Shown: positions 50,088-64,000, numbered from the stretch's first letter. The stretch is DNA of 64,000 nt from Lama guanicoe (GCA_013239625.1 MU053873.1:2680524-2744523), one strand, 5' to 3'. A program made the numbers and translations. The notes: generated by a model not told the origin, from the sequence alone.

Positions 50088-51319
50088 GATAATCTTGAAC
50101 TTAGTCTTACGTGGCTGTGATCTTGGAAATCACCGGCTCTGATGTGCTCGTTGTAAATTATTGTCTAACACACGAAATTAAGCTCCTCATTAGCAGAGTA
50201 ACCATGCAGAGTGACCGGGAATCTCCGGGACCATCAATTAGGGAAACAGATCAGGTCTGTGGAGCGCTTAGCTGAGTTACAGGTGCCCCACGTCCCTCCT
50301 GTAACAGTGATGGACATTGGTTGAGGGCCTACTGCTAGACTCTGAGCAGGACAAGGGGTGGCAATGAGGAAGCCAGGGGCTCTCAGTGCCCACCCCAGGA
50401 CCTGGCGCTGGGTCTGGTAGTGCCTTTAGGCACCTGTGCGTGGGATAAAGGAAAGGGGGGAAATGGCTCACACCTTCCCACTCCAGGCCAGCAGGGGTCC
50501 CTTGACAACTGAGGATCCTTGAAGGCCAGGGAGACCCTTGGAGGGTTTCCCAGATGGCAGCCCTAAGGGAAAGCCTGTCCCTTGGCTCCAAAATAGGGCC
50601 TGGTCTTGCCTGTGCTCACCCCGCCCCCATACCCCCATGCTCATTTGAAGGTGACCTCCCCTGGTGGCCACATCGGGGGCCTAAGTGAGCCACCGCTTAC
50701 TTCAAGAGGTGTCACTCCCAGGCCTGAGACCAGCAGTCCTGAGTTAACAACGTCCCACCTGTGACATCCCGACACACAAACATCTCAACCCTTCTCCCAG
50801 GTGGCACCCCCGCACCTGGAATGCCCACCTCTCCCCTCACACTCTTGGCTTTCGGTGACAGTGAGGCTGCCCAGGAAGAGCCCAGGTCAGAGGGCCGAAG
50901 AACAATCCCTTGCTCCAAGGTCATTGGTTCTTCCTGAGGTTGAACCTGTCACCTACTGCTTTGGGACCTTCAGCCAGCGTTGATCTGTGTGTACCAGGGT
51001 CCCAGCCAACAGCCTCGCCTCGCCTCTCCTCGCCTGGGCAGCTCCTTTTTAGGGGGAGCTGTGGAGACCATGCTTTCTGGTGGCCTTGTCCAGCCTCTCC
51101 TGCTTTTATGCATTCAGGCAGACTTTCCCTTTCTTGGCCTTTTTAAATCCTGAATTCCTGTGCTGGAAGAAGGCAGCCTGGGGACATGGAAACAGGGTTG
51201 AGGAGGCAGGCAAGGGGCTGCCCCTCTCTGGGCCTCTCTGCCGGGGAACGAGGGTGGACTGAGTCTGAACTCGGGTGCAGTACCACCTTGGGATCAGTGA
51301 GGCTGTCACATGCATTATT

Positions 51320-51366
51320 ATTATTATTTTTTATTGAAGTGTAGTCAGTCTACAGCGTTGTGTTAA
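51320..51366 (-). mobile_element. 47-bp ultra-truncated L1 3' end with 13-bp TSD
   Basis: Reverse complement ttaacacaacgctgtagactgactacacttcaataaaaaataataat matches the L1 terminus at ~12545-12585. Flanks are cacatgcattatt (51307-51319) and cagatgcattatt (51367-51379). Confidence 0.7.
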
Positions 51367-54066
51367 CAGATGCATTATTGACGTGACTCTGGATCAGTTT
51401 GTAGCAAGAGCGGCAGGTCAGAAGTGGCTGGTATTGGTGATTGGACAGCCCGGGTGTGACCTGCGAGGCTTCGTTTTGCCATGTGGCATCGTCTTGGAAA
51501 CTTGTTTGGGTGGCAGCTCCTGCCCTCCCCACTCGTCACCTGTTCTTAACACATGCAAAGCCCCTTGTCCTCTCAGAGTCATCTGCCCTCTCCGGGGCTG
51601 CGCCAGGGAAGGTTCTGGGATGCCCTGCTTGGGTCTCCTCCACCCCAGGGGCTGCTGCGGCCCGAGGGTTTGTGGGAATGATTCATTCAGAGGTGCCCGA
51701 GAGCTGGGCCAGGCCCCAGAAATGGCAGGGGGGACCTCAGAGGGCAGTGCTTACGTGCCCCGGGAGGAGCCTTTGTTACCTTGCGTGCTCAGCTCAGCTG
51801 GCGGGTAGCCGGCCCGTCTGCCAAGTGAATTCTTGCATCAGCCAGACTTTTGACCTGGGCGGCTGTGGCCAGGAGGTGGCGGGCAGGTGGAGGTGGCCAG
51901 AAAGTGGGTTTGGTGATAGCGTCCTCGAGGGCGATGTGTCTGAGTTCATCGGCTGCCTTCCCTTTGCATCCATTTTCTCGCGTGCAGGACAGAGGTGCAA
52001 ATAGGTCCTACCTCCTGTGTTGCACGGGAGGGGTTGTGGGGGTCAAGTACCCACCCTGCTGCCAGGCAAAGTGCCAGACCCCAGGGTCAGACCTCTTTGG
52101 AATCTTCCAACATGTCCCTTTGTGAGCCTCGGCGTCCCCAGCTGTCCAGAGGCAGTAAATACAAGTGTACTGTCAACGGGGCTTAGTGGGCGCCAGGCAG
52201 TGTTCCAGGTACTTTGTGTACTTGAACTTGTTTAATTTTTCCAGCGGCCCGGTGAGGTGTAGACGCTGAGGCACAGAGAGGTGGAATAATTGGCACGAGG
52301 TCACCCAGCTAGGATGGGAGAGACGGGGTTAGAATCCAGGATCTACACTTGAAATTACCATCTTACCCGTTCTCAATACTGTCTTAATGCCTCACATGTA
52401 GAAAATGCTCAGAAAATGTCAGTTGTTATCGTTTCATTATTATCGAATTATTCTTATATGTTACAGCAAGGTAAAATTATTACGTGTCATTAATAATAAT
52501 TCATCCTCTTCCCTGCCCCTTTGATCACACGCCTTCCTGGACAGACGGACTGAGCAGGGCTCTTGGCTTGTGAAGTCTAGATTCCTTCCCTCCAAAGTCC
52601 CCCCACTCCCTCCCTCTTCCCCCACTCCTGTGAGCATTTGGGGTGGGCTAGAGCTTGGAGGCAGCTGGATCCCCGCTCTGCCTCCACATCGCTGTGTGAC
52701 ATTGCACCAGTTGCTTCCCCTCTCTGAGACTCAAGTTTCCCCACCTGTGAAATGGGCGGTTGGGCTGTAAAAAGCTGTCAGTCAATGGCTTCGACCCCTG
52801 GGATGGTTTTTGTTTAGCCCCCATGGTGTTTGATTTTAAAACAAGAAGACATTCAAATATTTTTAGAGAATAGTTTCAGTGTCTCACTTTTTAGGGAAAC
52901 TCAGGAGCTTGGGCCAAACCATCATGACCTGAAGCTGCCCCAGAGATGGATGGCCTGGGCTCTCCTGGTCCATCCCCATCGTCTCCTGGCCTCGAGGGCC
53001 CTCCAGCCCAGTGCACGTCTTCAGCGCTCTGAGAACACCAGGGACCTGCCTGAGTGTCACTTGAACAACAAGTAGATCCATTGCTTTAAAAAACAATATT
53101 TATATTTTTAACCACTGGCTTCAGTGTTCTCCAAGAGTTCTTCCAGCTCTGCTTTGTAGACCATCTGAGGCTGTCTGAGGCCTCTGATACCTTTTCTGCC
53201 ACTGTAAACTTTCAAGGCTTTTTAACACACTCAGCCCTTGTCCCGCTTCCACACTCCCTGAGTGAGGAGCCCCTATCTTTGAGCCCCAGGGTCCCACCTT
53301 ACCTGGCTCAGGTCCCTGGCTAACCCGCTGGGAAATATTTGGGGCCAGCCGAGGTCCCTCTGCTCTGAGTACCGGCCAGTGTATGTCTGTGTTCCAACGC
53401 ATCTCCACCACCTGCACAGCTGTGGGGACACCACCCCATACCCTCTCCCTGTCCTCACAGGGTCCCAGGGAGACATTTGTTATTAACAGCTCCATTTCCC
53501 GGAAACTAAGTCTCAAGTCACTTTCCTGGGGTCACACAGGCCTGATACGACAGCACCGGAATTCCAACCCAGATGCGCCCAACTCCAGTGGCTGCCTCCT
53601 GGAGTCATCCATCCAACCATCCCTGCTCAGAGCCACTGAGTGATGCCTCCTCTAGTGTCTCTGGTCACTGCCATGTCCTCAGCCCGTGGCACTGGGCCTG
53701 GGTCATACTGGGCACTCAGTGACTTGCTGAATAAGGACACGTGGCAGGTTCTCAGCTAGATGCTGGGGTGCAGGGTTCAGGAAGCCACCAGGTCCCACTT
53801 TTCCTGGAGTGAACCGCTTGGCGAAGGCATCAGACAGGACAGGAAAACAAGTAAATTACATCTCTGACCCAAGGTGCCAAGCTGGGAAGTCAGTTACCGC
53901 ACCCCTCAAACTTGAGCTCTTTCACGAATCCCCTAGAGACCTTCCCAAAGTACAGATTCTGCTCAGCAGGTTCGGAGCAGGGCCTGGTGACTGCGCGCTA
54001 CCCAGCTCCCAGGGGACTCCAGGATAGTTTCTCTAAAGACCACACTTGGAGCAGAGACAGCCTAGA

Positions 54067-54250
54067 TCAGAGGTTGGCAAACCACTGCCCGTGGGCCACA
54101 TGCGGCCCACTGCTTGTTTTTGTGAATAAAGTTTTATTTTCATTTTGTCTGTGGCTGTTTCTGGGCGACAGTGGCAGAGTCGAGCGGTTCCAGTGGAGAC
54201 TTTGTGAAAGTGATGATTCCTGGGCCCTTTACGGAACGCCTGGCAACCTC
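54067..54250. mobile_element. MER58-like hAT DNA transposon (adjacent MER5-like fragment ~53900-54055)
   Basis: cagaggttggcaaaccactgcccgtgggccaca...tgtttttgtgaataaagttttatt...tggcagagt...ggccctttac. Confidence 0.7.
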
Positions 54251-57036
54251 GATCTACTCATCTCTTGGGTCCCTTCATAATAATATTTTGTGATTCGGTG
54301 AGTGTCAGGTGGTAATCAAAATAATGATTGTAGTTAACATTTGAGTGCCTCCTGGGTCCTTAGTTCTTTGCAGGTAGTTTTCTTAGCTCAATGCTGTCAT
54401 AGTAACACTGTTGTATTCGTTTTGTAGGTGAGAAAGCTGAGGCTCACAGGGGCCAGGAAGTGGGTGAGGCCAGTTGGAGCCAGGTCAGCTCATTGTTGTC
54501 ACATCAGAACTTCTGCCTGGAAAATTTTCGCAGAGCATAGACAAGGTCTTGGTTTGATTTCAACCCATCCCAGGGTGCTTGGTACCTTCATTTCTTCCTT
54601 TGTCCTCCCACTGAGTCAACAAATGGCTGTGCAACCCATCTAGGAGTTGGGGGCCTTGCGGAGTCCTGGGAGGATGTGGGGGATGCTCAGCCCTGTGCTT
54701 TCCAGGGGAGGAGGCAGAGAGCCAGGGGGGCCATGCAGGGTGCTCAGCTCTTTGGGGGACACTGGCACAGGGATGAGACGCAGTCAGGGAAGGCTTCCTG
54801 GAGGAGGGGTTGCTGATTGTACCCATAGGAGTTAGCTGGGTAGAGGAAGGCAGGAAAGCTTTTCTAGGAAAAGGGAACCACAGGTGCAAAATTGTGGCCT
54901 TGCAGGTTTGGTAGAGTTCATGGCACAGACATTTTAGTATGTGTGTGTATGTTGGGGGAGGGAGGCTGTTAAAATTGGCCATGTCAGAGACCCTGGACTT
55001 CACCCTGGAGAATACAAAAGAGTTTTCCTCTCCAAGTTCCCCTTCATCCTCTGATGACTTCCCGGACAAAGTCTTCAGCTAACTCCTTGCTTCTCTCCAG
55101 ATTCCTCCTGATTTACTAAGAGCAGACCTCTGCGGGGCTCCCGGGGCGGGCGGCAGCCTTCAGCTCGGAGGCATAAGGATTGCTTGTGTTTGTTTTTGCA
55201 GTTATTTTTTAATTTAAGCTGAGGGTGAGGTTAGAGTATCTTTCAAGAATGTTTTAACAATATTGAATCCATTGAAGAGAAACATTAAGGAGGTGAGAGT
55301 CAGGGGGCTTCCGGCTGTAGCCAAGTCACGAAGGTGGTCCTCAGCAAGTGGGAATCTGGGGAGCCCCATGGCAGGAGGTGGGGGTTTTGGAGGGGGCCAG
55401 ACAAGCAGCTACCTCAGCTCTTAATGTTCAGCGCTTTCTCTGCCTCTCATTGTTTCTCGTCCCCTGACCCCTGTCTGTGTCTCTCCCCATGTCTGGTTCC
55501 CCCACCCCACTCCCTGTCCCCATCTGTCTTCTCCCTCCCCCACCTGCTCCACTTCCCCTTCCCCTCCCCCGCTGCACACACACTAACGCGGCTCTTCCTT
55601 GCTCTTATTAGAAACTCTGTCCCACTTCCTTTGGCCGCGAGTGACATCCTGCCTTAGAACCATCAGAACCCGCACAGAGCCCGGGGGCTCGGCCAAGCAT
55701 CCCCATTGGAGGTGTGGGAGACGTGGTGTGTGCGGCTTCCCTGGTGAAGAGAGGGAGGTCAGGAGGCCTGCCACCCTGCAGTACAGGGCTCTGAATCCCC
55801 ACCCCCACCACCCGCTAACCCCACCCCCAGGGCCTCTCACCCGGCCCAGCTGGCCCCAGGCTGCAGGGGAGGAAGAGGAAGCCGGGGTTGGCTGCAAGAA
55901 GGCGGAATGCTTTGGGTTTGATTTGGTTTGGGGCTCCGTTACCTGGGGTGGGGGGGTGTCACCTTCCGTGGCTCCAGGAGTAGGTGTGAGGCCCCGCCAG
56001 GTCTTGCTTTTGCTCTTTGGCCACAGAGAGGCCATGAGCTCCTCCAGCAGGCAGCATGCAGTGTGTTCACGGCTCCCCCTGGAGCGCACAGTAGGCCAGC
56101 AGTGTGATCGGAGGGCTGAGAGTCCGGGGGAGAATGGCGAGATTAGAAATGGAGTCCAGCCCCTTCCTTTCGCGGATGGGAAAGCGAGGTCTAGAGAGTT
56201 GTGACTCGCTCAGGATCATGAAAAAAGGTTTGCAGGACAGAGTGGGGTCTGGGTCCCACACCCCCTGCAAGCTGGAGGCGGCAGGGAGAGCTGGTGGGTG
56301 CTCTGGTGGCCCCTGTGAGTGTCATGTGACAGAGCCCTTCCAGGAAGCGGGTGACTCGGGTTTGAGGCTACCTTACCCACTTGCTGGGGGTCTCGGTGAG
56401 GTCTTCCTCCCCGGGGATCCTTCCTGTCCTTCTGTATCCTCCAGGTGATGACACACGCCATCTCAAGGATTGCACAGGCGTCAGGTCTGTGGGGTCAGAG
56501 GTCGCTGACCTCACAGCGGGTGGACATTGTGCTTGCTCTCAGCAGGGGCTGTGGCTGCTCCACAAGCCCCTTCAGATCTGACTTCTCCAGGCTCTGATGG
56601 CACAGAGAAAGTCCCCTGGGAATGTCCCCCCACCCCAAGTACAGCCTTGATGTGTTTCAAGAAGACCAGTCCCATTGGCAGCTTCCCAGGTTGCATGGTG
56701 GAGCCCCACGTGGGACATGGGATTTCCCTGCTCAGTCAGAGCAGGAGCTTGGCATCCAAAAGCCCAGCGTTAAAATCTGAGTTTTACCATTTAGTGCCAT
56801 GTGGCCTTTGGTGATGTTCTTGATTATTTGTACCTTTCATGTCTTCATTTTAAAGTGATCCTGTCATCACATACATCAGTGGCTTTTTGTGAGGATTCGT
56901 GGGGTCTCATTGATGCAGCAAATACTGTATGCTGGACTCTGTGTTAGGCACGGGAGAGCCAGCCAGTGAGCAAGGCAGACCGTCCCTGCCCTTGGGGAGC
57001 TGATGTTTTAGGCGAAGAAATGGACATGAAGGAAGA

Positions 57037-57270
57037 TGTATTAGGGTTCTCCAGAGAAACAGAACCAATAGGAGATGGATGGATGGATGGATGGATGGAT
57101 GGACTGACACACGGATGTAAGAGATTTATTTCAAGAGTTAGCTGGCCCAATGATGAGGGCTGGGAAGTCCCATGGTCTGCCGCCTAGCAGGCTGGGGGAC
57201 CAGGAAAGCCGCTGGTGTAATTCAGTTCTAGTCCGAAGGCCTGAGAACTGGGAGCACCTGTGTGCAAGTG
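57037..57270. mobile_element. MLT2 (ERVL) LTR fragment containing a (GATG)n microsatellite at ~57074-57101
   Basis: tgtattagggttctccagagaaacagaaccaatagga...agatttattt...gaaagccgctggtgtaattcagtt..gtccgaaggcctgagaac. Confidence 0.8.
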
Positions 57271-59479
57271 CAGGTGGATTTTTACCTCTGTTATCACCGT
57301 AATTATTAGAGGAGGTGAGAAGGGAAGGGAGGTGTTGTAGGAAGAAGGCACAGTGTCAGTAACAGTATAGGGACAAGAAGGCATTTGGTGTCAAAATCGT
57401 GATCGTCGTAGCTGGTGATCACTGATGCCCTGGTGTGTGCCAGCTTCTCTGCTGAGGGCCTCCTTGGTACAAACTCATCTCGCCCTCCAGGGACGGGCTT
57501 TTATTATCCGCATTTTCAGCTGCAGGAAACAGAGCACGGGAATAGGACTGCTTGTCTGGGGAAGTGGAGGGATGGGCTTCGAACCCCACCCACCACCTGG
57601 GAGGACTGGGGGCTCCAAGGAGGGGTTCGGGGAGTGAGACTGGTGGGGTCGGGGTAGGTGGGAAAGGCTGGAGTTTTGCCTTGAACCCCAGAAGTTTAAG
57701 CATGTCTTCATGCTGGAGACCCTGGGTGGTCTTGGGCTGCATGGGGTGGGGAGGTCCACAGCACGTCCTCTCATCATATGGGCCAGAGAAACCAGTGTGG
57801 TGTGAAGCCCCACAAGAGTGGGTGGGAAAGGACGGCTCTGCCCTGGCCCGCTTCTGGTGGGGTCGGCTGGTGGGTGGCACATTCCCGGTGGGGTTGGGCT
57901 TATGGCAGGAAGTGCTGGGCACTGTCAGATGCACGGTTGAGAGCCCACATTCTGGACAGTGAGGACACCCAGGTGTGTCCCTCTTCCCTGCAAGGAGGTG
58001 ATTGCTCACTGTTGCCTTAACCCAGCTCTGCTCCCTGGGACCTTCTCCGCTTAGGGCCAGGGACAGCAAGAGCCCAGGCAGAGGGGTTGATGCCAACTGC
58101 TGGGATGTGCCTCTCTCTCCAGCCATTCATTTCTCAAATTCCTGACTCCCTATGTCTTGCCAGTTTCTGAGCAGACAGCTGCGTCTTTATCTTTTTGTGT
58201 GTGATGTTACTGAAACCTCATAATGACTCATGGGGCTGACATCAAGAGGAGCCCTGATGTGGTGGAAAGATAGGGCCTTTGGAGTCAGGCACACTTGAGT
58301 TGGCTTGTGCACAAGCTGTGAACCCTTGGGCCAACCCCTTCCCCTCTCTGGGCCTCAGTTTCCTCACCTGTAAAATGGGGATCATGTTGGTGACCATCTC
58401 TTGGGTTGCTGGGAAGATTGTAGGTAAAGTTATATGTACCTGATGCATAGAGGTGCTCAGTAATTCACAGTAATAGGAATTCTGTTGTTCACCCATTTTA
58501 CAGATGAGGAAACAGGTCCAGAGGAATTCAGGGTTGCCTCCCACAGCATCTTGCTCCCTGGCTCTGTTCCTGGCAATGTCCAGGCAAGTCGGCCGATGGA
58601 GATCCTCTGCAGCAAGGTCCCAGGCCTCCTCAAGGCCCCAATTCTCTTCCCCACTTTTCTTTAGGAAAAGGCCATTCACTCACTCTGAATCTGGCCTCGC
58701 AAGTCAGTGAACCGCGAGAAAACACCCCTTCTTTCTCATGGGTTCCTCCCTCTGATTTTTAAAGTGTTCATGTTCTGAGCAGCTCTCAAAGTCTTTGAAA
58801 TTTTTCCTCTTCTGCCTGCTTCAGGAGCAAGTGAGAGGGAGGAGGGTCTCCCGGTTGGTCCTGGGGCTGCATTTGTTCAGAAGGGAGGCAGCGGGCAGGT
58901 TAATGTCCCAGGACACTGGATTCCCGTTGATGTGCTGCCTCAGACCCAGGCCTGCAAACTGTGCACTTAAAACCCCCACCAAATCCCCCACCCATGAGAG
59001 GGTCTTCCGTCTTATCTGGAAACATTACATCAGCAAGTATTCATTACTTGCTTTGTTCTCGGTCAAGCCTGTCTACCTTTTTGGCCATCGGCCATTGCAA
59101 AACCTCCACAACAAAGACGTGGATGATAATACAATCAGAAGAGCCATAAACTACAATTAGGGGGCAGGGAAAGGAGGAAGTTAGCCAAAGACTTCCTAAG
59201 TGTAAAGTCTTGAAACAACCTTCTGACCTCTGGTAAGGATATTCTCCTGAGGAAAACTCAAATCCACGCCCTTGGGGCAGAAGTGAGAGTGGTTAGCTGG
59301 CTCCAGCTGTCACTGTGAGTCTTCAAATAAGACTTTAGAAATCAGTTTTGCTTAGTTTTGTCAAAACAAATAAAAAAAAAACACTCTGGGGCCTGGGAGG
59401 ACACCACTTGAGTGGTAAGCGTGCAGAGGTCAAAAACAGCCTATTATGTGTGTATAAGTTGACTGTGAGTGATAGAATC

Positions 59480-60935
59480 CTAATTTAAAATAGTGAAGAT
59501 GTAAAATAAAGGGATCTATTGGCTTAGGTAAATGGTAAGTCTGAAGGTAGATTGCCTTCAGGTATAGCTGTATCCAGGTGCCCTACTGTATCAGGGCATT
59601 GTCTCTTTTGCTCTCTGTCTTTTAGGCAGGCTTTATTCTGTGGCCTCTTCATTATCAGGCACGCTCTCCCCAGTAACATCTCCAGGCATACATCCTGCTA
59701 ACTTAGCATTCTTGACTATAAGAGAGCCATTTCTCTAATAATTCTTGCAAATCCTGGGACTGATTCCTCTTCACCCACCTGGAGTCTCGTGCCCATCCGT
59801 GAGTGTCTGTATCTCTTATTGACCAGACCTCAGATGCTGGTCTTGGGCATGGGGTCAGCCCCATCCTGGTCACAAGGACAGATCCCAGAAGACAGGAGAA
59901 TGCATTCTCAGCAGGCAGGTTGGTTGACAGATGCCCACACCAGAGGTAGAACAGAAATGAAAGAGAAAGGCAGGCTTCGTGTCCTGGAGGAGAAAGTAGA
60001 GGCAGGCACTGCCATTAATGGAGCATTTACTCTGCTCCAACGTGGTACTCTGCTCCAGTAAGGCCTTTGTGTATATTTAGCCACTCTCCTCTTTCATAGA
60101 TAAGAAAATGAGGCTCAGAGAGGTTAAGTGACTTGCTTAAGGTCACAAAGCTTATAGGTGAAGAATTCAAACTCCTCTCTATCTTCCTGCAAAACCCATT
60201 CTCTCATCGCTCTGTGGTATCTGGGGAAAAGTAATGATCTGCAGAGTGATCTCAGAAAATAAACTATGAATGCTTGTGGGTGTGTCAAGCTCTGTGTTAA
60301 GTTTAGGAATAGAAAAAGAAGTTTTCTTAAAGATGGCAGGACCCCTCAGTCCATGAGCTCCCTACATTCAAGAAGGGATAGACAGCTGTTACCATAGAGA
60401 ATGGTGAAGGATAGGCATAGAAGGGTGCTTAATCGATTCAGTCTGGGGTGTTCAGGGAGGATTTCCTGGAAAAGGTGATGCTTGACCTGAGGCAATAACA
60501 GGCCAAGATAAGGTTGGGGAAAATGTATGTAGGTACCTGTTGGTAGGGGCTCTTGATAAACAGAAACCCATCTCCCTTGGAATTAAGTAAAAAAGTAAAT
60601 TTATTGTCTCATGTTAACTAAAAAATTGAGGGGTAGGATTGGCTTCAGGCATGACTGGATCCAGGAGCCCAACTCATGTCAGAAATTCATGTCTCCATCT
60701 GTCAGCTCCGCCTTCTTGCGTTGGCTTCAGTCTCAGGCAGACTCGCAAGTGGTGATTAGAGACAGCCCCATACCCTACTTGTGTAACTTCTCCAGAGGAT
60801 CTGGTAAAAGTCTCTAGCCAACTTTCACTGACCTAGATTGAGTCGTGTATCTATCCCTGAACCAACACTGGGGCCTGGAGCAGAATGCTGTCATTGTCCA
60901 GGCCTGGGTCGTGTATCCACACTCTCATGGAGCTT
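59480..60935. mobile_element. two old MLT1-like LTR fragments (~59480-59940 and ~60540-60935) with MIR/L2 between them
   Basis: ttcaggtatagctgtatccaggtg and ggcttcaggcatgactggatccaggagc; gtgtatctatccctgaaccaa; ggcctgggtcgtg. Confidence 0.55.
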
Positions 60936-61824
60936 GAGAGAGATTGAGAATGTGGATCCGCAGATCAGGGGTCCGTGTGGCGCCCCCGTGGCTGATAGAA
61001 GTGACGTTCAGCCAGAGCTCAGGGATCAGATAACGAGGTCGCCATCAGCCAGGGGAAGAATGACCTCCTGAGAACAGTGGGGAGGCTTAGCCGCGTTGTT
61101 CATGCAAGTAGAAAGTGTCCTGCGCACCCTGAGAGAGGAGGGGTGGAGCAGAAGGACCTGGAGGGAGGTGATGGGTGGGGCTGAGCTTGGGATGTGCTAA
61201 GTTCAGGTCGCCCTAGGGAGTCGGGTATTTCCTGGTTGCCAAGTGGAGAGGGGCCCAGAGTGAGAATTCTACTCAGTAAATATTTGAGCGCCGCGTGTGT
61301 GTCACACACTACTCTGATGCACAAAGCACTCAAGGGCCCCAGACAGTGAGTGCGTGATACAGGAAGTCAGTTACGGGCCGGGTTAGCCAGTGGAAGGCGC
61401 TGGGGAGAAGAGACAACTGGTGCAGAGTCGCGCGCGCATAACAGCAAGGGGGCTGTGTGGCTGGAGGAGAGTGAGGCCAGGTGGAAGAGGGATGAAGATG
61501 GAAAGGCAAGGTGCAAGGGTTGAGCCTGTAGGGCCTGAGGACTTACGGAGACTGGCTTTTCCCAAGTGAAGTGGGAGCCACAGGAGGATTCAGAGCAGAG
61601 GAGGGCCGGGATGTGATTTGCATCTTCATGCAGTTATTCTGGATGCTAACGAAAAACGGACAGATGACAGGAGGGCAGAATCCAGGAGGCCAGTTAGAAG
61701 TTAGGCAGGCAAGAGATGAAGATGCCTTGGACCAGGGCGGTGAGAAGTGGTTACACAAAATACAAACACCCAGCAAGTGTGAGTGATGTGAAGTGAGTGG
61801 GTCCCGGCTCTGGTGTAGTGGGGA

Positions 61825-62925
61825 TTTTTCTGTTGTGTTAAAATACGCACAACATAAAATGTACCGAGTTAACCATCTTTAAGTGTACAGTTCCGTGATA
61901 TTAAACATATTCGTGTTGCTCTACAACTATCACCACCATCCATCATCCCAATAACTCTTTTCATCTTGGGAAACTGAAACTCTTAACTATGAAACGCTGA
62001 CTCCCCGTCCTCCATCCCCTAGCCCCTGGCAACCATGGGCACAGTTTCTGCCTTCATGATTTCCATTACTCTGAGGACCTCATGTACGTGCAAATCAGTA
62101 CTTGTCTTTCTGTGCCTGGTTTATTTCACTGAGCGTAATGTCCTCAGGGCTCATCCAGGTTGTAGCCTGTGTCAGGATCTCCTCCCTTTTTAATGCTGAA
62201 TAATACTCCGTTGTACGGCTAGCCCACACTTTGTTGATCTGTTTCTCTATCGATGGACACTTGGGTTGCTTCCACGTTTTAGTGTGTTGGGAGTGACACT
62301 GCTGTGAACTTGGGTGTAAAAATACCTCTTCGAGACCCTGCTTTCAACAATTTGGGAGACATACCCGGAAGTGGAATTGCTGGATCATAAGGTAGTTCTG
62401 TTTTTCATTTTTGGCAGACCCTCCGTGCTGTTTTCCACAGTGGCCGTACCATTTTACATTCCTACCCACAAATGCACAAGAGTTCCCATTTTTTCTGCAT
62501 CCCGGCCAACCTTTGTTATTTTTTTTTCTGTTTTTCTGTTCATTTTTCTAGCCGTTGCGATCCTGATGGGTGTGAGGTGGCGTCTCACTGGAGTTTTGAT
62601 TTGCGTTTCCCCGATGACTCGTTGACGTTGAGCATCTTTTCATGGGCTTGTTGGCTGTTTGTATCTCTTTGGAGAAACGTCCTTTTGCGTCCTTTGCCTG
62701 CTTTTGAATCGGGTGGTTTGGTCTGGGATTGTTGAGTTTCAGGAGTTCTCTGTAGATCCTGGATATCAGTCCCTTCTCGGATCTGTGACTTGCAGGTAGA
62801 GTTTCCCATTCTGGAGGTCGCCTTTTTACCCCGTGGACAGGCTCTTTTGAAGCACAAAATGTTTGAATTTTCATGACACCCAGTTTGTCTCTTACCTGTG
62901 CCTTCAGCGTCAGATCTCAGAAATC
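61825..62925 (-). mobile_element. L1MA/MB-like 3' region (ORF2 end plus 3' UTR)
   Basis: ttaaccatctttaagtgtacagttc, ccctagcccctggcaacc, gatggacacttgggttgcttccac, gaagtggaattgctggatcata, gttgagcatcttttcatg. The minus-strand ORF 62548-62874 reads like degenerate L1 ORF2 (KGLISRIYRELLKLNN). Confidence 0.88.
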
Positions 62926-64000
62926 GCTGCCTGGCTGTTTTGAAGGCGCTGTTGATAGGACTGGCTGCCGGGTTGGGAGGGTTGGGAGACACAGAGGGGA
63001 GCCAAAGCTTTTGTTGCCCCCACCCCTCTGCCCGAGGCTTGCAGTCCGAGCAGACTGAGCGGCCCCCCAGCTGGAGTGGGGTGAATGAAGGTGAGAAACC
63101 GGGACATGAGCTTTGGATGCATTCAGTTTGAGGTCCCAGCTCAGTGCCAAATGGAGGTGATGAGGACAGAGTTAATGGCTGTGTCTGGTGTCAAGGAGCG
63201 AGATGTGGGCTGGAGATGACAACCCCAGAGACCTTGGCCCACAGGGAGCAGAGGGAAGCCTGGCGGCTGGGAGGAGAGAGGGTGGCAGGCAAGTAGCTGT
63301 GTGAGACTCCTGCTCCCCAGGCCAGGATGGCTGGGTTTGGCGCAACATAAGGAAAAAGTCTGAAAACTTTTTCGCACCCAGGGGGAGAGACAGAGAGGAA
63401 GCCAAGTAGACATCATCTCCTTGGCCTCGGATCAGAAGCCATCCCAACCTGGCAGCTCATTTACTGAGCGTGGGTTGGGGGGTGGCAGTGCCAGGCGCTG
63501 GGGTGTGGGTGGCACCATTGGGGGCCGAAGCTTAATTCACCTTTATGTTCCTGGTGTCTGGTACCAAGCTTGGCCCTGGGGAAGTGCCTGGTGGCGAGTG
63601 TTAATCGAGCGAATGAATGGAGTCCTGTGTGTTCCTCTGTCACAGACAGGAAAGGTGTGTGGGTGAGGGGATGCTCGGCCGGGTTTGGTGAAATGTGATG
63701 CTTTAGGACTATTATATTTTTGAAGTCGATCATACAGACGGAAAGGTGCCCACTGGAAGGGGACGGCTCGGTGAGTTTTCCAAAGATCCACTTGCCCTTG
63801 TGACAGTACTCAGATCAAAAAGAGCATGTGCCCAGCATCCCCCTCTCCCACCTCAAGACACCTGTGCCCCCTCCAGGCGTGCCCCCACTCCAAGGGTCAT
63901 TACCATCCCAGAGTCTCCTACTCAAGCTGAATTTCGCCTGTCTTTGTACTTTATAGGCATTTAAAGTATGAAGTGCTTTAGATACATAAAAACATATGTT

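Noticed and set aside
55583..58126. 168-235-aa ORFs in the presumed TPST2 intron 1
   Set aside because: No homology recognised, composition typical of GC-rich intron, and no consistent exon structure.

Overview
This is mammalian genomic DNA, probably camelid judging by a tRNA-Ala-derived vic-1-like SINE, from the conserved MIAT - CRYBA4 - CRYBB1 - TPST2 block. Two complete, intact beta-crystallin genes were rebuilt by hand from GT-AG exons and sit head-to-head about 3.9 kb apart. CRYBA4 is on the minus strand (5 coding exons, 591 nt, 196 aa) and CRYBB1 is on the plus strand (5 coding exons, 750 nt, 249 aa). Each has a TATA box, a Maf-type site, a non-coding first exon and an AATAAA. The left ~7.5 kb holds the 5' part of the lncRNA MIAT/Gomafu (minus strand, CpG-island promoter). 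The CpG island at ~47.5-48.5 kb is most likely the promoter and non-coding exon 1 of TPST2; this rests on synteny, since no TPST2 coding exon is in the window. The remainder is intron or intergenic DNA rich in MIR, L2, L1, MLT/ERVL and MER elements. Nearly all ORFs in the supplied track are spurious. I found no evidence for a wholly new biological system. The most interesting observations are an in-frame, cap-proximal upstream ATG in CRYBA4 exon 1 (possible betaA3/A1-like dual initiation), a SOX-motif cluster upstream of MIAT, RFX X-boxes, a strong CTCF site between MIAT and the crystallins, and several TSD-bounded insertions. Repeat family names and human comparisons come from recall of consensus sequences, not from searches. 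Repeat boundaries are approximate.
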